From the NCBI GenBank assembly GCA_047601445.1, contig JASGJH010000001.1, positions 1,312,001 to 1,376,000 on the forward strand: 64,000 nucleotides of DNA. Direction: 5' to 3'. This document shows positions 22,288-33,407 of the stretch, one piece after another; position 1 is the first letter of the stretch; every line of letters starts with the position of its first letter. The notes beneath the pieces are model-generated. The model did no database searches. It was not told the origin of the DNA and was given only the letters and a program-made list of their open reading frames with translations. The DNA is from Myxococcales bacterium. Lineage in GTDB: Bacteria > Myxococcota_A > Polyangia > Polyangiales > DASUME01. Position numbers and translations under genes: made by a program.

Positions 22288-23187
22288 CTCCACGCGTTCG
22301 ACCAAACCGAGCACGCTGCCCTGCTCGTCGAAGGCGACTTTGACGACGCCACCGCCGTCGTCAGTGGAAACCTCGCTGCGCACTTCGGACACGGGCACCA
22401 AGCGGCCATGGAACGCGTGCTGAGCTCCCGTCTCACTGAGGACCACGTGGCTCAAGCCGCGAGCCACCTGGTGCAGCGGCAGGACCGCGGCGCGCATGCG
22501 TGCCCGCAGCTCTTCGTCGCCCTGGGCGGCGGCCCGTAGCTGAACTTGATCCACCGCCTGTGTCACCGAGAATGCACCGTTCTGCAAGCGGCGCAACGCA
22601 CTGAGGTGCCCGACCGTACCGAGTGCTTCCGCGAGGTCGCGCGCCAAGGAGCGCACGTAGAAGCCCTTGCTGCAGCTCAAGCGGAGATCGATTTCCCGCT
22701 CGCGCACCGCCAGGATCTCCAGCGAGTGCAGCGAGACGCGGCGGGTCGGCGCATCGACCTCCTGCCCTTTGCGAGCGCGCTGATAGAGCGGCACACCGTC
22801 CACCTTGATCGCGCTCACGTCGGGCACGCGCTGATCGATCTCGCCCACGAATGCGCGCGCGCAGGCTTCCACCTGCTCCCGGCTGAGCTCCGGGACGGGC
22901 GCCTCGGCCACCACGTCACCGTCCGCATCGAGGCTGCTCGTGGTGCGCCCGAGCAGCACCGTGGTCTCGTAGACCTTGCGGCTCGCCATCAGGTAGTTCA
23001 CCAGCTTGGTGCCCTCGCCAATGGCCAGCACCAGCACGCCAGTGGCCATGGGGTCGAGCGTTCCGGAGTGCCCGATGGCCCGGGTCCGCAGAGCGCGGCG
23101 GGCGTTCGAGACCACGTCGTGGGAGGTGGGCCCGCGGGATTTGTCCACCACCAGGACCCCGTGCAACTCAGTGGGCGTCGTCGTCAC
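22243..23187 (-). CDS. truB: tRNA pseudouridine(55) synthase
   Basis: GHSGTLDPMATGVL, CSKGFYVRSLA. Confidence 0.95.
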   Translation of the reverse strand: MTTTPTELHGVLVVDKSRGPTSHDVVSNARRALRTRAIGHSGTLDPMATGVLVLAIGEGTKLVNYLMASRKVYETTVLLGRTTSSLDADGDVVAEAPVPELSREQVEACARAFVGEIDQRVPDVSAIKVDGVPLYQRARKGQEVDAPTRRVSLHSLEILAVREREIDLRLSCSKGFYVRSLARDLAEALGTVGHLSALRRLQNGAFSVTQAVDQVQLRAAAQGDEELRARMRAAVLPLHQVARGLSHVVLSETGAQHAFHGRLVPVSEVRSEVSTDDGGGVVKVAFDEQGSVLGLVERVESGDSWRVVRGIRCA

Positions 23188-23554
23188 GCTTGATCTCGCG
23201 CAGCAGGGCTTCCATGTCGCGTCCGCGATCGATGGACTCGTCCCAGTAGAACCGGAGATCGGGCGCGTAGCGAAGCTGGAGGCGCTGAGCGAGCTCGCGC
23301 CGCAAAAATCCCTTGGCCCGCTCCAGGGCGCCTAGCAGCGACTTGCGCGCTGCCTCGGGTGCCTCGATGTCGAGCAGTCGCACGTAGACCTTGGCGAGGC
23401 GGAGGTCGTCGGTGAGCGCGACCGCAGACACCACTGCGTTCTGCGCGCCCGGGTCGTGCACTTCGCCCGCGAGCAGCATGGTCATCAGCTCGCCGCGCAG
23501 GGCGTCGCCGACCTTCTGGCTGCGCTTGCCGTCACTCTTTTTCTTCGCCGCCAT
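23168..23554 (-). CDS. rbfA: 30S ribosome-binding factor A
   Basis: DLRLAKVY, GFLRRELAQRLQLRYAPDLRFYWDES; operon position. Confidence 0.93.
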   Translation of the reverse strand: MAAKKKSDGKRSQKVGDALRGELMTMLLAGEVHDPGAQNAVVSAVALTDDLRLAKVYVRLLDIEAPEAARKSLLGALERAKGFLRRELAQRLQLRYAPDLRFYWDESIDRGRDMEALLREIKRDDDAH

Positions 23555-23927
23555 CGTCGTCTTCCCAATCTTCGTCTTCCCAGTCTTCGAGCTCCTCGTC
23601 GAGCGCCGCTCCCGGGAGTCCTCCGAGGCCCTTGCCGAGCTCCACATGTTCCACAGTAGTGGACTGCTCGATCAGCTGCGCCTGCGTGGCCGACGCGGCG
23701 AAGCTCACCAGCTTGTCGAGCACCGAGCGCGCATGCCGGACGTCGTTGCTGACCAACGCGAACCCGAGCGTAGCCCGCCGGTGCGCGTCGTGGTCAGCCA
23801 CCTCGGCCGCCGCCACATGGAAGCGGCCGCGGGCGCGCTCGAGGATGCTCTTGACCACGGAGCGCTTTCCCTTGAGGGAGTCGTTCCATGGCAGCGCGAG
23901 CACGATTCGGCACAGACCCACGACCAT
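23532..23927 (-). CDS. DUF503 (YlxP) family protein with acidic tail
   Basis: SLKGKRSVVKS...RFHVAAAEV; lies between infB and rbfA. Confidence 0.88.
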   Translation of the reverse strand: MVVGLCRIVLALPWNDSLKGKRSVVKSILERARGRFHVAAAEVADHDAHRRATLGFALVSNDVRHARSVLDKLVSFAASATQAQLIEQSTTVEHVELGKGLGGLPGAALDEELEDWEDEDWEDDDGGEEKE

Positions 23928-23957
23928 CTGTGTCCCTCCCCTGCTCGCTCAGGCGAG

Positions 23958-26783
23958 TCAGAGCTGGGCGGCCACCTGCTCCATCTCGAAGCACTCGATG
24001 ATGTCGCCTTCCTTGAGGTCGTTGAAGCCCTCGAGCGAGATACCGCACTCGTAGCCCGCCGCGACATCGCGAACGTCATCCTTGAAGCGCTTGAGGGCCT
24101 TGATGTTGCCCTGCCAGACCTGCACGGCGTCGCGAATGATGCGGGCCTTGCCGTTGCGGACGATCTTGCCGTCTTGGACGTAGCTGCCAGCGATGGCGCC
24201 GATCTTCGGGATGGTGAACACCTGGCGAACCTCTGCCTTGCCGAGCGCCTTCTCGATGAAGCTCGGGGCAAGCATGCCCGCCATGGCCTTCTTGACCTCC
24301 TCGACCGCCTCGTAGATGACGCGGTAGAGGCGGATGTCGACGCGCTCGGACTTGGCCACTTCGGCAGCCTTACCCGCAGGGCGCACGTTGAAGCCCACCA
24401 CGATGCAGTTGGAGGCCGTGGCAAGCGAGACGTCGCTCTCCGTGATGCCGCCGACGCCCGTGTGGATGATGGTCACCTTGACCTTGTCGGTAGACAGGTC
24501 GGTGAGCGCCTTGACGAGGGCCTCGATGGAGCCCTGCACGTCCGCCTTGATGATGAGCTTGAGCTCGTGGACCTCACCGCTCTGCATCATCTGGTGGATC
24601 TGGTCCAGACCCATGCGGGCCTGGGTGGGCATCGCCTGCGACTCGGCGCGCTTCTTGGTCTCCGCGATCTCCTGCGCCTTCTTGGCGTCGGTGACCACGT
24701 AGAACTTCTCGCCAGCCCCCGGCACCTCGGACAAGCCGAGGATTTCCACGGGTGTAGCGGGGCCGGCCTCACGCAGCTGACGACCACGGTCGTCGGTCAT
24801 GGCCTTGACCTTGCCCCACGCCTGTCCAGCCACCACCAGTTCGCCGATGCGCAGCGAACCGTTGCGCACGAGGACGTTGGCAACGGGACCGCGCCCCTTG
24901 TCGAGATAGGCCTCGAGCACCACGCCTTCGGCGGGCACCTTGGAGTTCGACTTGAGCTCGAGCATCTCGGCCTGCAGGAGCAGCTTCTCGAGAAGCTCGG
25001 GGATGCCCTCGCCGGTGTGGGCCGACACGTTCTGGAACATGGTCTCGCCACCCCAGTCTTCAGACTGGAGCCCCAAGCCGGCAAGGTCGCGCATGATCAC
25101 GTCGGGACGTGCGCCTTCCTTGTCGATCTTGTTGACGGCCACCACGATCGGAACGTTGGCTGCCTTGGCGTGCGCCACGGCTTCGCGGGTCTGCGGCATC
25201 ACGCCGTCGTCGGCCGCGACCACCAGAATGACGAGGTCCGTGGCCTCGGCGCCGCGGGCACGCATGGCGGTGAACGCCTCGTGGCCGGGGGTATCGAGGA
25301 ACACGATGGTGCCCTTCTCGGTATCGACGCGGTAGGCGCCGATGTGCTGGGTGATGCCGCCGGCCTCGCGCGCCGCGACGCGCGTGGAGCGGATCTTGTC
25401 GAGCAGCGAGGTCTTGCCGTGGTCGACGTGACCCATCACCGTGACGATGGGGGCGCGGTGCTCGTAGTCCTCTTGCTCGTCCGTCACGTCACCGCGTGCG
25501 GCGGCGATCATGGCGTCGGTGCTGACGGCCACGTTCTCCACTTCGTAGCCGAACTCACTCGCCAAGATCTTGGCGGTGTCGGCGTCGAGCTTGGAGTTGA
25601 TGTTCACGCCCGTCATGCCGAGCTGCACCAGCTTCATCAGCACTTCGGTGGCCTTGAGGCTCATGCGCTGAGCGAGCTGCTGCAAGCTGACCTGGTCCTC
25701 GATGCGGATCAGGCGCTTGGCGGCGCTGGGGGTGGTGATGAGCGTGGAGCCCGCCTTGCGGCCTGGAGCCAACTTGCGGGCACGACCGGGGCGGCCAGCC
25801 TGGCCACGCGGCTGCGGACGACCGGGAGCGCCCAGGGCTGCCCGACCGAGTTCGCGGCGGCGCGGAGGAATCGCACCCGCGGGACCGCCGCCCGGTCCGG
25901 GCAGCGGGGCGTTGTGCTGAGCAACGATGCGCGAGACGGCCTCGGAGGAGAGGCGCGGCGCGCTCGGACCCACGGTGTTGCCGCGAGCCACCACGCCCGG
26001 CGGAAGGTGCGTGTGCCCGAGGCGTTCGGATGCCGGGGGCAGCGAGGAAGCCTGGCGGGTCACCACGGGAACGTGACCGCGCTGGTCACTGCCTCGATGG
26101 ACCAGTGCGGACGGCCGGGCAGCGACCACCGGGGGCTGCTGAACCGGGGGCTCCTCTTCACGGTAGTCCCGGTCGTCCCCTTCGTGCTGGGCCTCGAACG
26201 CCGGCGCTGGTGGCGGCTGCACGGGACGAGCCACAGGCGCCTCGACCACGGGAGCGGGCCGCGCCACCACGGGTGCGGGGCGGGGCTCAGCCTCCCTGAC
26301 GGGCGCGGGCTCCTCCACCGCAGCGGGTGCCACGGGCTCCTGCTGCGCGGGCGGCGCGGCGGGACGCACTGCGGCGGGCGCGGGCGTCGGCGCAGGTGCT
26401 GCCCGCGGCGGCTCGGCGACCGGCGCAGCGGGCGGCAAAGCAGAACGCTCCTCGACACGCGCAGCCGGACGCACCACAGGGGCAGGTGCTGCCTCGTGGG
26501 CCGGCTCGTAAGTGGCGGTCCCAGCGATGTCGTCACGCTCGTCGTGACGGCTCGTGGGCGTGGCGACCGCACGCCGCCGCACCACTGTAGGACGGATGCG
26601 CTCCTCCACAGTGTTGGACTGCTTGTCCTTATCGAGCGCGCGCTTAATCCGATCGACCTCCGCGGGCTCCAAGGCACTCATGTGATTGCGCACCTGGATT
26701 CCCAACGAGGCGATCTTGTTGACCAGCTCTCGGTTGTCGAGGCCCAGCTCCCGGGCAACCTCGTATACCCGAACCTTGATCAT
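23958..26783 (-). CDS. infB: Translation initiation factor IF-2
   Basis: [44 protein letters not shown]. Confidence 0.98.
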   Translation of the reverse strand: MIKVRVYEVARELGLDNRELVNKIASLGIQVRNHMSALEPAEVDRIKRALDKDKQSNTVEERIRPTVVRRRAVATPTSRHDERDDIAGTATYEPAHEAAPAPVVRPAARVEERSALPPAAPVAEPPRAAPAPTPAPAAVRPAAPPAQQEPVAPAAVEEPAPVREAEPRPAPVVARPAPVVEAPVARPVQPPPAPAFEAQHEGDDRDYREEEPPVQQPPVVAARPSALVHRGSDQRGHVPVVTRQASSLPPASERLGHTHLPPGVVARGNTVGPSAPRLSSEAVSRIVAQHNAPLPGPGGGPAGAIPPRRRELGRAALGAPGRPQPRGQAGRPGRARKLAPGRKAGSTLITTPSAAKRLIRIEDQVSLQQLAQRMSLKATEVLMKLVQLGMTGVNINSKLDADTAKILASEFGYEVENVAVSTDAMIAAARGDVTDEQEDYEHRAPIVTVMGHVDHGKTSLLDKIRSTRVAAREAGGITQHIGAYRVDTEKGTIVFLDTPGHEAFTAMRARGAEATDLVILVVAADDGVMPQTREAVAHAKAANVPIVVAVNKIDKEGARPDVIMRDLAGLGLQSEDWGGETMFQNVSAHTGEGIPELLEKLLLQAEMLELKSNSKVPAEGVVLEAYLDKGRGPVANVLVRNGSLRIGELVVAGQAWGKVKAMTDDRGRQLREAGPATPVEILGLSEVPGAGEKFYVVTDAKKAQEIAETKKRAESQAMPTQARMGLDQIHQMMQSGEVHELKLIIKADVQGSIEALVKALTDLSTDKVKVTIIHTGVGGITESDVSLATASNCIVVGFNVRPAGKAAEVAKSERVDIRLYRVIYEAVEEVKKAMAGMLAPSFIEKALGKAEVRQVFTIPKIGAIAGSYVQDGKIVRNGKARIIRDAVQVWQGNIKALKRFKDDVRDVAAGYECGISLEGFNDLKEGDIIECFEMEQVAAQL

Positions 26784-27394
26784 CCATCCTCCGAAAGCCC
26801 GGCGAGCCACCGAGCACAAACCGCTATTTCACGCGCGATGTGCGCGTCTAAAATCGCTACAAAACCTAGTGTTTCTTTTCCAGTCAGGCGACCGAGCTCA
26901 GCCTTCTTCGACAGCTCGATCACGGCCACGCTCTTCGCATTAGCCAATGGAATCAACTCGTCGCGGCGGCCCGCCGCGTCCTTCGCTACCAGAAGAAGCC
27001 GTGGTGCGCCAGCCAGAAGGGCCTCGCGTACCGCGTCGGTGCCCAGCACGGTCTGTCGCCGCCGGAGCGCCGAGAGCAACAGGCCCTGGATTCGTTTCTC
27101 GACCTGGAGTTCGGCGAGCTGGAGCACGACATCGCGATCCACGCTGACCTGGGTCTTGAACACCCTGGCGAACCCGCCCCGGGCCGCACGGACGAAACAA
27201 TCCTTGCGGGGGTGAATCCAGGCGCCATGCCCACCCAAGCTGGCTCCCAGGTCGGGGACCAGGCTCGGCGTGTGACCCGGCACGTGCACGAAGCGAAACA
27301 AATCCGCGCGCGACGCCACCTCGCGACACCCCGCACAGGTGCGCTCGGCCACGCTCTCGCCTTCGCTTCGCTTCGTTGTTGCCACGGACAGCAC
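26780..27394 (-). CDS. YlxR (DUF448)-L7Ae/YlxQ fusion RNA-binding protein
   Basis: ERTCAGCR...GHGAWIH...C, then a L7Ae-like [10 protein letters not shown]; lies between nusA and infB. Confidence 0.82.
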   Translation of the reverse strand: MLSVATTKRSEGESVAERTCAGCREVASRADLFRFVHVPGHTPSLVPDLGASLGGHGAWIHPRKDCFVRAARGGFARVFKTQVSVDRDVVLQLAELQVEKRIQGLLLSALRRRQTVLGTDAVREALLAGAPRLLLVAKDAAGRRDELIPLANAKSVAVIELSKKAELGRLTGKETLGFVAILDAHIAREIAVCARWLAGLSEDG

Positions 27395-27416
27395 GTGCTC
27401 CTACCTCTTCGCTCCC

Positions 27417-28994
27417 TCAGGCCCTGGATTCTTGTTCCACGAACAGGGTCACGCCCTCGCGCACGGCGGCAGCGCGGCGCTGGTCGAGCCCGGTTCGAAT
27501 TGCCAAGCGGTCGACGTCGGACTCCCCATAGAGCTGGTCGATGGACTTGTAGCCAGCGCGCTCGAGCAAGTCCGCGATACGCTCCGAGACGCCCCGCACC
27601 AAGAGGAGACGCTCGTGATCCGTGAGCTGGGGCAGCCGCTCGCGTGCGTTGGCCAACTGTTCCTGCCGCATGACCTCGATGGCATCGAGGGCCGCGTTCT
27701 TGATGCGCTCGGCGTTGCCCACGCCACCCAGGCCCGGGATGCCACCAAGCTCCTGGTCGCTCGCCTCGGACACCTCGTCGAGGGTACGGAAGCCGAGCTT
27801 GTACATGGTGTTGGCCAGGTTCGCATCCACACCCTGGATGCGCAGGAGCGCGCTGATGGCGTCCTCCTCGATCTGGCGGAACTTGGACTCGCTGATGATG
27901 TCGAGCTTCCAGCCCGAGAGCTGAGAAGCAAGGCGCACGTTCTGACCGCGTCGGCCGATGGCCAGGGACAGCTTGTCGTCGGGGACCACCAGCTCCATGC
28001 CGTTGTTGGCTTCGTCGATGATGACGCGCATGACTTCGGCAGGCGCGATGGCGTTGCACACGAAGCGTGCCGGATCGCGATCCCACGGCACGATGTCGAT
28101 CTTCTCGCCGCGCAGTTCCTGGACCACGGCCTGCACGCGCGAGCCCTTCATGCCCACGCAGGCGCCCACCGGATCGACGTCCGAGTCACGGCTCGACACG
28201 GCGATCTTGGAACGCGCGCCCGGCTCACGAGCCGCCGCCACGATGCGCACGATGCCCTCGTAGATCTCGGGCACTTCCATCTCGAACAGCTTCACGAGCA
28301 GGCCCGTGTCGGTGCGCGACAGGATGATCTGCGGGCCGCGGGCCTCACGATCGATGTCGAGCAGGAGCGCGACGATGCGATCGCCTGGACGATAGCTCTC
28401 GCGGGGCGTCTGCTGACGCGCTGGCAGCACGGCCTCGGTACGGCCGAGGTCCACGATGATGTTGTTGCCGCGCTCGAAGCGCCGCACGATGCCGGTGACG
28501 ATCTCGCCGCGGCGATCCTTGAACTCGTTGAAGATGATGTCGCGCTCGGCGTCGCGGACGCGCTGGATGATCACCTGCTTGGCGGTCTGGGCGGCGATGC
28601 GGCCGAAGCCCTGACGCTGCTGGCTGAGCTTCAAGAGGTCGCCGAACTCGCGGTCCTGCTGGCGCGCGCGCTCGGAGTCTTCCTTCAGATAGAAGATCTG
28701 GAAACCGAGCTCTTCGCCGAGGTTCGCATCCAAGCCGTAGCGCTTGGCCTCCACCGCACCGATCTCACGCTCCGGGTTATCGACCTTCTCCACCACGGTC
28801 ATGTACTGGTAGAGATCGACCGCGCCGGTGTCGTTGTTGTAGCGCGCTTCAAGCTCTCGACTGATGCCGAACGTGCGCTTGGCGGCGGTCAGGATCGCCT
28901 GCTCCATGGTCTCGATCAGAATGGCCGGATCGATCCCTTTTTCTTTGCTGACCTGGTCGATGATGCTTTGCAGCGAGAGCGTGCCCTGTTGCAT
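27417..28994 (-). CDS. nusA: Transcription termination factor NusA
   Basis: [50 protein letters not shown]-terminal HhH extensions. Confidence 0.97.
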   Translation of the reverse strand: MQQGTLSLQSIIDQVSKEKGIDPAILIETMEQAILTAAKRTFGISRELEARYNNDTGAVDLYQYMTVVEKVDNPEREIGAVEAKRYGLDANLGEELGFQIFYLKEDSERARQQDREFGDLLKLSQQRQGFGRIAAQTAKQVIIQRVRDAERDIIFNEFKDRRGEIVTGIVRRFERGNNIIVDLGRTEAVLPARQQTPRESYRPGDRIVALLLDIDREARGPQIILSRTDTGLLVKLFEMEVPEIYEGIVRIVAAAREPGARSKIAVSSRDSDVDPVGACVGMKGSRVQAVVQELRGEKIDIVPWDRDPARFVCNAIAPAEVMRVIIDEANNGMELVVPDDKLSLAIGRRGQNVRLASQLSGWKLDIISESKFRQIEEDAISALLRIQGVDANLANTMYKLGFRTLDEVSEASDQELGGIPGLGGVGNAERIKNAALDAIEVMRQEQLANARERLPQLTDHERLLLVRGVSERIADLLERAGYKSIDQLYGESDVDRLAIRTGLDQRRAAAVREGVTLFVEQESRA

Positions 28995-29045
28995 GGGATG
29001 TTCACCTCTGGGACACCAAAGCGTGCCCACTAGCAGTCGTGAAGC

Positions 29046-29546
29046 TCAAAAGACGTGAATCAGATGAGCCTTCGCGATCTCAGAAAACGGAATGTCGAGA
29101 TCGGTCCCGCGATCGTCGCGCAGGACCACTAAGCCATCTCGCAAGCCCACCAGGGTACCGGTGAAGTTCTTGCGTTCGGCGACATGATGCTTGGTTTGAA
29201 CGCGGGCCATGCGGCCGGCAAAGCGCTCAAAGTCGCTCGGCTTCACCAGGGGTCGCTCGATCCCCGGTGAGCTCACTTCGAGGCGGTAATGACTCGGCAA
29301 AAGATCGCTGTAAGCGTCGTCGTCGAGCACCTTGGAGAGCGCGCGACTCACGCGCGTGCAGTCGTCGAGCGTGACGCCTCCCACGCCAGGCGAAAGAGTT
29401 TCGGCGTTCGGCACGTCGATCAGCACGCGCAACACGAGACCACCTTCCGGCACGAGCCGCACATCGACGAGCTCGACGGACTCGGCCACGCACACGGGCG
29501 CAACGAGCTTTTCGAGCATTTCGAGATCGACGTTGGTCTTCGGCAT
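29046..29546 (-). CDS. rimP: Ribosome maturation factor RimP
   Basis: LDDCTRVSR, YRLEVSSPGIERPL; first gene of the nusA operon. Confidence 0.93.
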   Translation of the reverse strand: MPKTNVDLEMLEKLVAPVCVAESVELVDVRLVPEGGLVLRVLIDVPNAETLSPGVGGVTLDDCTRVSRALSKVLDDDAYSDLLPSHYRLEVSSPGIERPLVKPSDFERFAGRMARVQTKHHVAERKNFTGTLVGLRDGLVVLRDDRGTDLDIPFSEIAKAHLIHVF

Positions 29547-29662
29547 CGCAGCTAAACAGCACCATCGGCTCGCTGGATGTGTGGAGGCCGGCCCAGAAAT
29601 GCCCGTCCCCCGATGACAGACAGCCCAGCGAGACAAAAAACCCAGAAAAACAGCCAAGAACG

Positions 29663-29691
29663 AAAAAAGGCGGAACCCTGATGGGTCCGCC
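29663..29691 (-). terminator. rimP leader attenuator-like hairpin with U-tract
   Basis: Minus strand GGCGGACCC-ATCA-GGGTTCCGCC-TTTTTT, about 120 nt upstream of rimP. Confidence 0.7.
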
Positions 29692-29878
29692 AGTTGGCAT
29701 TCCCTAAACTGTCGGGCGAAGGGTTAGCACAGCGCTTTTCCCATCGCAACCGAGGGGGCCCCCCGTTGGGAGGCCAAGTCCTCGGGGTGGCGGGCGAAAC
29801 CCGCCTCGCCCGCGTCCTCGCGACGCGGGCCCCGGCACGCTGAACCGGCGTCTCAGCGACGCGGGTCCAGAGCGTGGA

Positions 29879-30643
29879 TCAGATGGCGATCCGACGCGCC
29901 TGGACAGCCGCTGCGGGAGCAGGCGTCAGCGTGATGCCGTAGCGGGCCAGGCTGCGCTCCGCGAACGCGTGGGCCATCGGCGTGTCCACGTCGATCCACA
30001 TCGCGTTGCCGACCGACACGGCCTTCATGGCACCGCGGGCCGCCAGGGCCTGAACTCCCTGGGAGAGCGAGCAACCGTTGGGGCCATCCGCCCGCTCCAG
30101 CTCCTCGATCAGTCCTTCGGTGATCTTGAAGACGCCCGTGTCCAGCGCGTGGTACTGGGGCAGCTCCTTCGAGATTTTCACGATCTTGTCGCCATCGAGA
30201 TACACCTTCGTGGCGTCAGGGATATCTACGCAGCGCTCGATATCGAAGTCGATTCCGAGAACCGCTTCGCCGGCCTTGAGCGCGTAGGCATCGATGGGCG
30301 TGATGAGCTCGGGCGCCCACAGATGGTCGCTCATCAACACGAAGGTCGGCCCCTGGACGAACTGCTTCGCCTTGAGCAGCGACGTGCCGTTGGGCTTGTC
30401 GAACTCGTCGTTCCGGACGAACCGGATGTCGAGATTGAACTTGTAGCGAGACAGGCCGCGCTCGAGCACGTCGCCCATGTAGCCGACGATGACGACGACC
30501 TCGTCGATGCCGGCGCGTTCCAGGTTGCGGATGGCCCGCACAATCAGAGGAAAGCCAGCCACGCGCTTAAGCGGCTTCGGAAAGCTGAGCCCGCTGACCA
30601 GCCGCTCGCCCTTGCCTGCCGCCAAGATGATCGCTCTTCTCAT
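29879..30643 (-). CDS. NTP transferase, IPCT/LicC-like cytidylyltransferase
   Basis: AIILAAGKGERL, PKPL, MSDHL, DATKV, DTGVF, WIDVDTP. Confidence 0.85.
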   Translation of the reverse strand: MRRAIILAAGKGERLVSGLSFPKPLKRVAGFPLIVRAIRNLERAGIDEVVVIVGYMGDVLERGLSRYKFNLDIRFVRNDEFDKPNGTSLLKAKQFVQGPTFVLMSDHLWAPELITPIDAYALKAGEAVLGIDFDIERCVDIPDATKVYLDGDKIVKISKELPQYHALDTGVFKITEGLIEELERADGPNGCSLSQGVQALAARGAMKAVSVGNAMWIDVDTPMAHAFAERSLARYGITLTPAPAAAVQARRIAI

Positions 30644-30950
30644 GACACTCCCCTGACCGTACATCTTCCCACACGGTGGTCAGTTCGTCACACACCTGTG
30701 AAATCCCGTCACGCACAGTGTTGCTGCGATGCATCACACTGTGGCTCTAGACCAATGCTTACCGGGTGTTAGACGCTCCGAACACGTTTTCGGATAGGCT
30801 TGTTGCAAGGCGTGCGCCACCGCGTTCGAGCGCCTGCAGGCCGCAAAAAACGGTGCTGTTTCCCACATCCTGAGAGCGCGCGCAATTCGTCTCCTGCGCC
30901 ACCAAGCGGGCTTGGAGGGGGGCTTAGCTCCGCGGCCGTGGGAGGCGGCG

Positions 30951-31901
30951 TTAGGCCAGGCCCTGAGAGCGCAGCGCCAGCAACGTGCGGGCAGTGGCTC
31001 GCCGCTGGGTGACCAGTGCCACCACGCTGATGACGCTCATCAGGCTCACACGCAGCAGCAGATACAGATCCAGGCGGTCGAGCATCCCGAAGATCGCGAA
31101 GAGATAGGAGTGAGGTGCCAGGGACACCGCCATCCAAAGCCGCATCGGCAGTCGGTTTTGCTCACGGTAGACGGCCGCACCGCTCGGCGTACGACGCGTG
31201 GAGTTCGCCAGGAGCTGAGCCGCGCCCGGGTTGGACCATGCGATGAGACGCTCCTGAAAGCGCAGGTAGTCCGCGTAGATCTTCATCGAAACACGGCGAT
31301 ACCACGGCCCTCGCTGCACCACCGAGCTGGCCCGCAACCGCGCAGCTTCGTCGGCGCTATCGCCCTCCCCGCCCCGGTCGAGCCGGGTCATCCGCAAATG
31401 CAGCTCCTTGTAGAAGTCATAGAGATTGAGCTGCAAGACGGTCATGAGGAGCGCGGGCAGCGCGAGCCCGAGGACCCAGCGCGGCGTGCCCGAGACCACC
31501 AAGTGATGCAAGCAGGCCGCGACCGTGGCCAGAGCCACCAGCATGTCTGCGCTGCCGTCGAGTGCGCGCCCAAAAGCCGAGTGCATGTTCTTGGCGCGGG
31601 CCAGGATGCCGTCGGCGCCATCCATGATGGAGGACGACCACAGCAGCGCGCCGCCCCAGATCATCGCGATGGGTGAGCCGTCGACCCAACAGGCCGCCGC
31701 CGCGAACCCGAGGGAAATCGCCAGCAGCGTGACCTGGTTAGGCGTGATGGGGGTGCGATGGATCAACCAGCAGAAGCTGTAGGCAAGTGGCCGGTGAACC
31801 CACAAGTTCACCGGGTCCTCCACGTCGCGGGATTTGAGGAGCTGAGCGAATGGAGGGAAGCCTGGAAGGTTTTCTCGGATGGCCAATGTCGTACGCGCCA
31901 T
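30951..31901 (-). CDS. CDP-alcohol phosphatidyltransferase family protein
   Basis: ITPNQVT and DGADGILAR-x8-GRALDGSAD signature; multiple TM helices. Confidence 0.9.
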   Translation of the reverse strand: MARTTLAIRENLPGFPPFAQLLKSRDVEDPVNLWVHRPLAYSFCWLIHRTPITPNQVTLLAISLGFAAAACWVDGSPIAMIWGGALLWSSSIMDGADGILARAKNMHSAFGRALDGSADMLVALATVAACLHHLVVSGTPRWVLGLALPALLMTVLQLNLYDFYKELHLRMTRLDRGGEGDSADEAARLRASSVVQRGPWYRRVSMKIYADYLRFQERLIAWSNPGAAQLLANSTRRTPSGAAVYREQNRLPMRLWMAVSLAPHSYLFAIFGMLDRLDLYLLLRVSLMSVISVVALVTQRRATARTLLALRSQGLA

Positions 31902-32013
31902 GACGCTGCAAATCTGCGATGCAAGTCATGGGCCTAAGATTGGCGTGTTCCATTACTTCTTTGATTCCGGGACAGCGGCGTTGTCCCCGAGCGAGTGATA
32001 GACAAGGCCCCCG

Positions 32014-33333
32014 GTGACGCGCTCCCACCCGCTTCCGAATTTGGCGCCACGTTGGCCGCTCGGCATCGCTCTGGCGCTGTCGCTGCTGCTGCACGCTACA
32101 TTTGGATTCGTCGCCTCGACGGTGCTCACAGCACCCTCGCTCGACATCGAGTTTCAGCTGCCCATGGACGTGGAGTTCGGCGCCAGCGAGCAGATGGCCC
32201 TGGCTCCGAGCGCGGCCGGAAGCCAGACCACGCCGCCTCCAGGTGAAGCATCACCGAAGCCCGAAACAGGAGAAGCCGAGGCGACCGACGCCGGTGCGCC
32301 GCCCGAACCCAAACCGAAGCCCAAGCCGAAGCCCAAGCTAGAGAGCGACGCTGGCCTCGAATCGAATGGAGAGGCGCCACCCGGCGCTGCGGGCAATGGC
32401 TCCGAGACGCGGATCCCTGCGGGTGCTCAGATCGCGGTGCGCGTCGACATGGCCCGCATCCGCAAATCCCCGCTGGCAGACGACGTGCGACAGCTGCTGG
32501 CAGCGATCCCCGACTGGAGAGCGCTGCTCGACGGTTCGGGGATCGATCCGATCGAACAGCTCGACCGCTTCATGATCGCTACCCCCAATCTACAGCGCTC
32601 CAAGATCGTGGTCGCGGGTCGCTACGAAGGCGGGGAACAGACGGTTCTCGACGCGGTGGAGAAGCTGGCCGCGGCCCACGGCGCCAGCCCCGGCTGGCAC
32701 GCCCAGCTCGGGGTTCGCGTGGCCACCTGGGCCAACCTCGACGAGACCCCTCGCGTGATTGCCCTGGTCGGGCCGAGTCATTTCACCATCTCCCGGGAAG
32801 AAGACCTGGCCCGCGTGCTGGCCTTCGCGGCGACGCGCGCTCAAACGCAACAGAAGAAGCGTCGACCACCGGAGCCCGCGGAGCCGCTGCCCCCCCACCC
32901 GGCCGACGCGCTTCTCTCGATGGAGGACAGTGAAGGACTGTCGGTGGAGGTCGAAGGAGCCGAGCAGTTCGTGCGCCGGGCCGCCAAGGGTGTGCCCTCG
33001 AAGCTACGGCTTTCGGCGGTCGAGCTGCCTGGACCTCGGGTGGAGTTACGTGGACGCCTGGTGTTCGCGGACCCCGACAAGGCTGCCATCGGTGCGGCCT
33101 TCTGGGACAACCTGCGCAACGTCTATAGTCGCAATGCCCTGGTGGCCATGCTGGGACTGGCCGAGCCGCTACAGCAAGGGACCATCCGCCAGGAGGGCGC
33201 CGAGGTTACTCTGACTGTGGGTTTGTCTCTCGAACAAACACGATTGATCCTTGGGTATCTTCGGGAACTGGTGAGACCGCCCCCGACGCCCAGCTCCAAC
33301 GCCTCGCCGAGCCCTATCCCCGCAGCGCCCTGA
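32014..33333 (+). CDS. Membrane-anchored hypothetical protein with a (PK)n linker
   Basis: N-terminal TM LALSLLLH, PEPKPKPKPKPK linker, ~300-aa globular C-terminus. Confidence 0.7.
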   Translation: MTRSHPLPNLAPRWPLGIALALSLLLHATFGFVASTVLTAPSLDIEFQLPMDVEFGASEQMALAPSAAGSQTTPPPGEASPKPETGEAEATDAGAPPEPKPKPKPKPKLESDAGLESNGEAPPGAAGNGSETRIPAGAQIAVRVDMARIRKSPLADDVRQLLAAIPDWRALLDGSGIDPIEQLDRFMIATPNLQRSKIVVAGRYEGGEQTVLDAVEKLAAAHGASPGWHAQLGVRVATWANLDETPRVIALVGPSHFTISREEDLARVLAFAATRAQTQQKKRRPPEPAEPLPPHPADALLSMEDSEGLSVEVEGAEQFVRRAAKGVPSKLRLSAVELPGPRVELRGRLVFADPDKAAIGAAFWDNLRNVYSRNALVAMLGLAEPLQQGTIRQEGAEVTLTVGLSLEQTRLILGYLRELVRPPPTPSSNASPSPIPAAP

Positions 33334-33407
33334 GGCCACCGGATCCTGCGATCCCGAGCCCTGGCGTACTTTCGATCGACCTGCTGAGGGGCGGGAACCG
33401 GCGGGTT

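Noticed and set aside
23555..23600. Short tandem repeat TCGTCTTCCCA(A/G)TCT
   Set aside because: It encodes the acidic EDWED tail of the DUF503 protein; an ordinary coding duplication.
23391..27215. 1274-aa ORF on the + strand
   Set aside because: Antisense shadow of infB and its neighbours, typical of high-GC genomes; no motifs.
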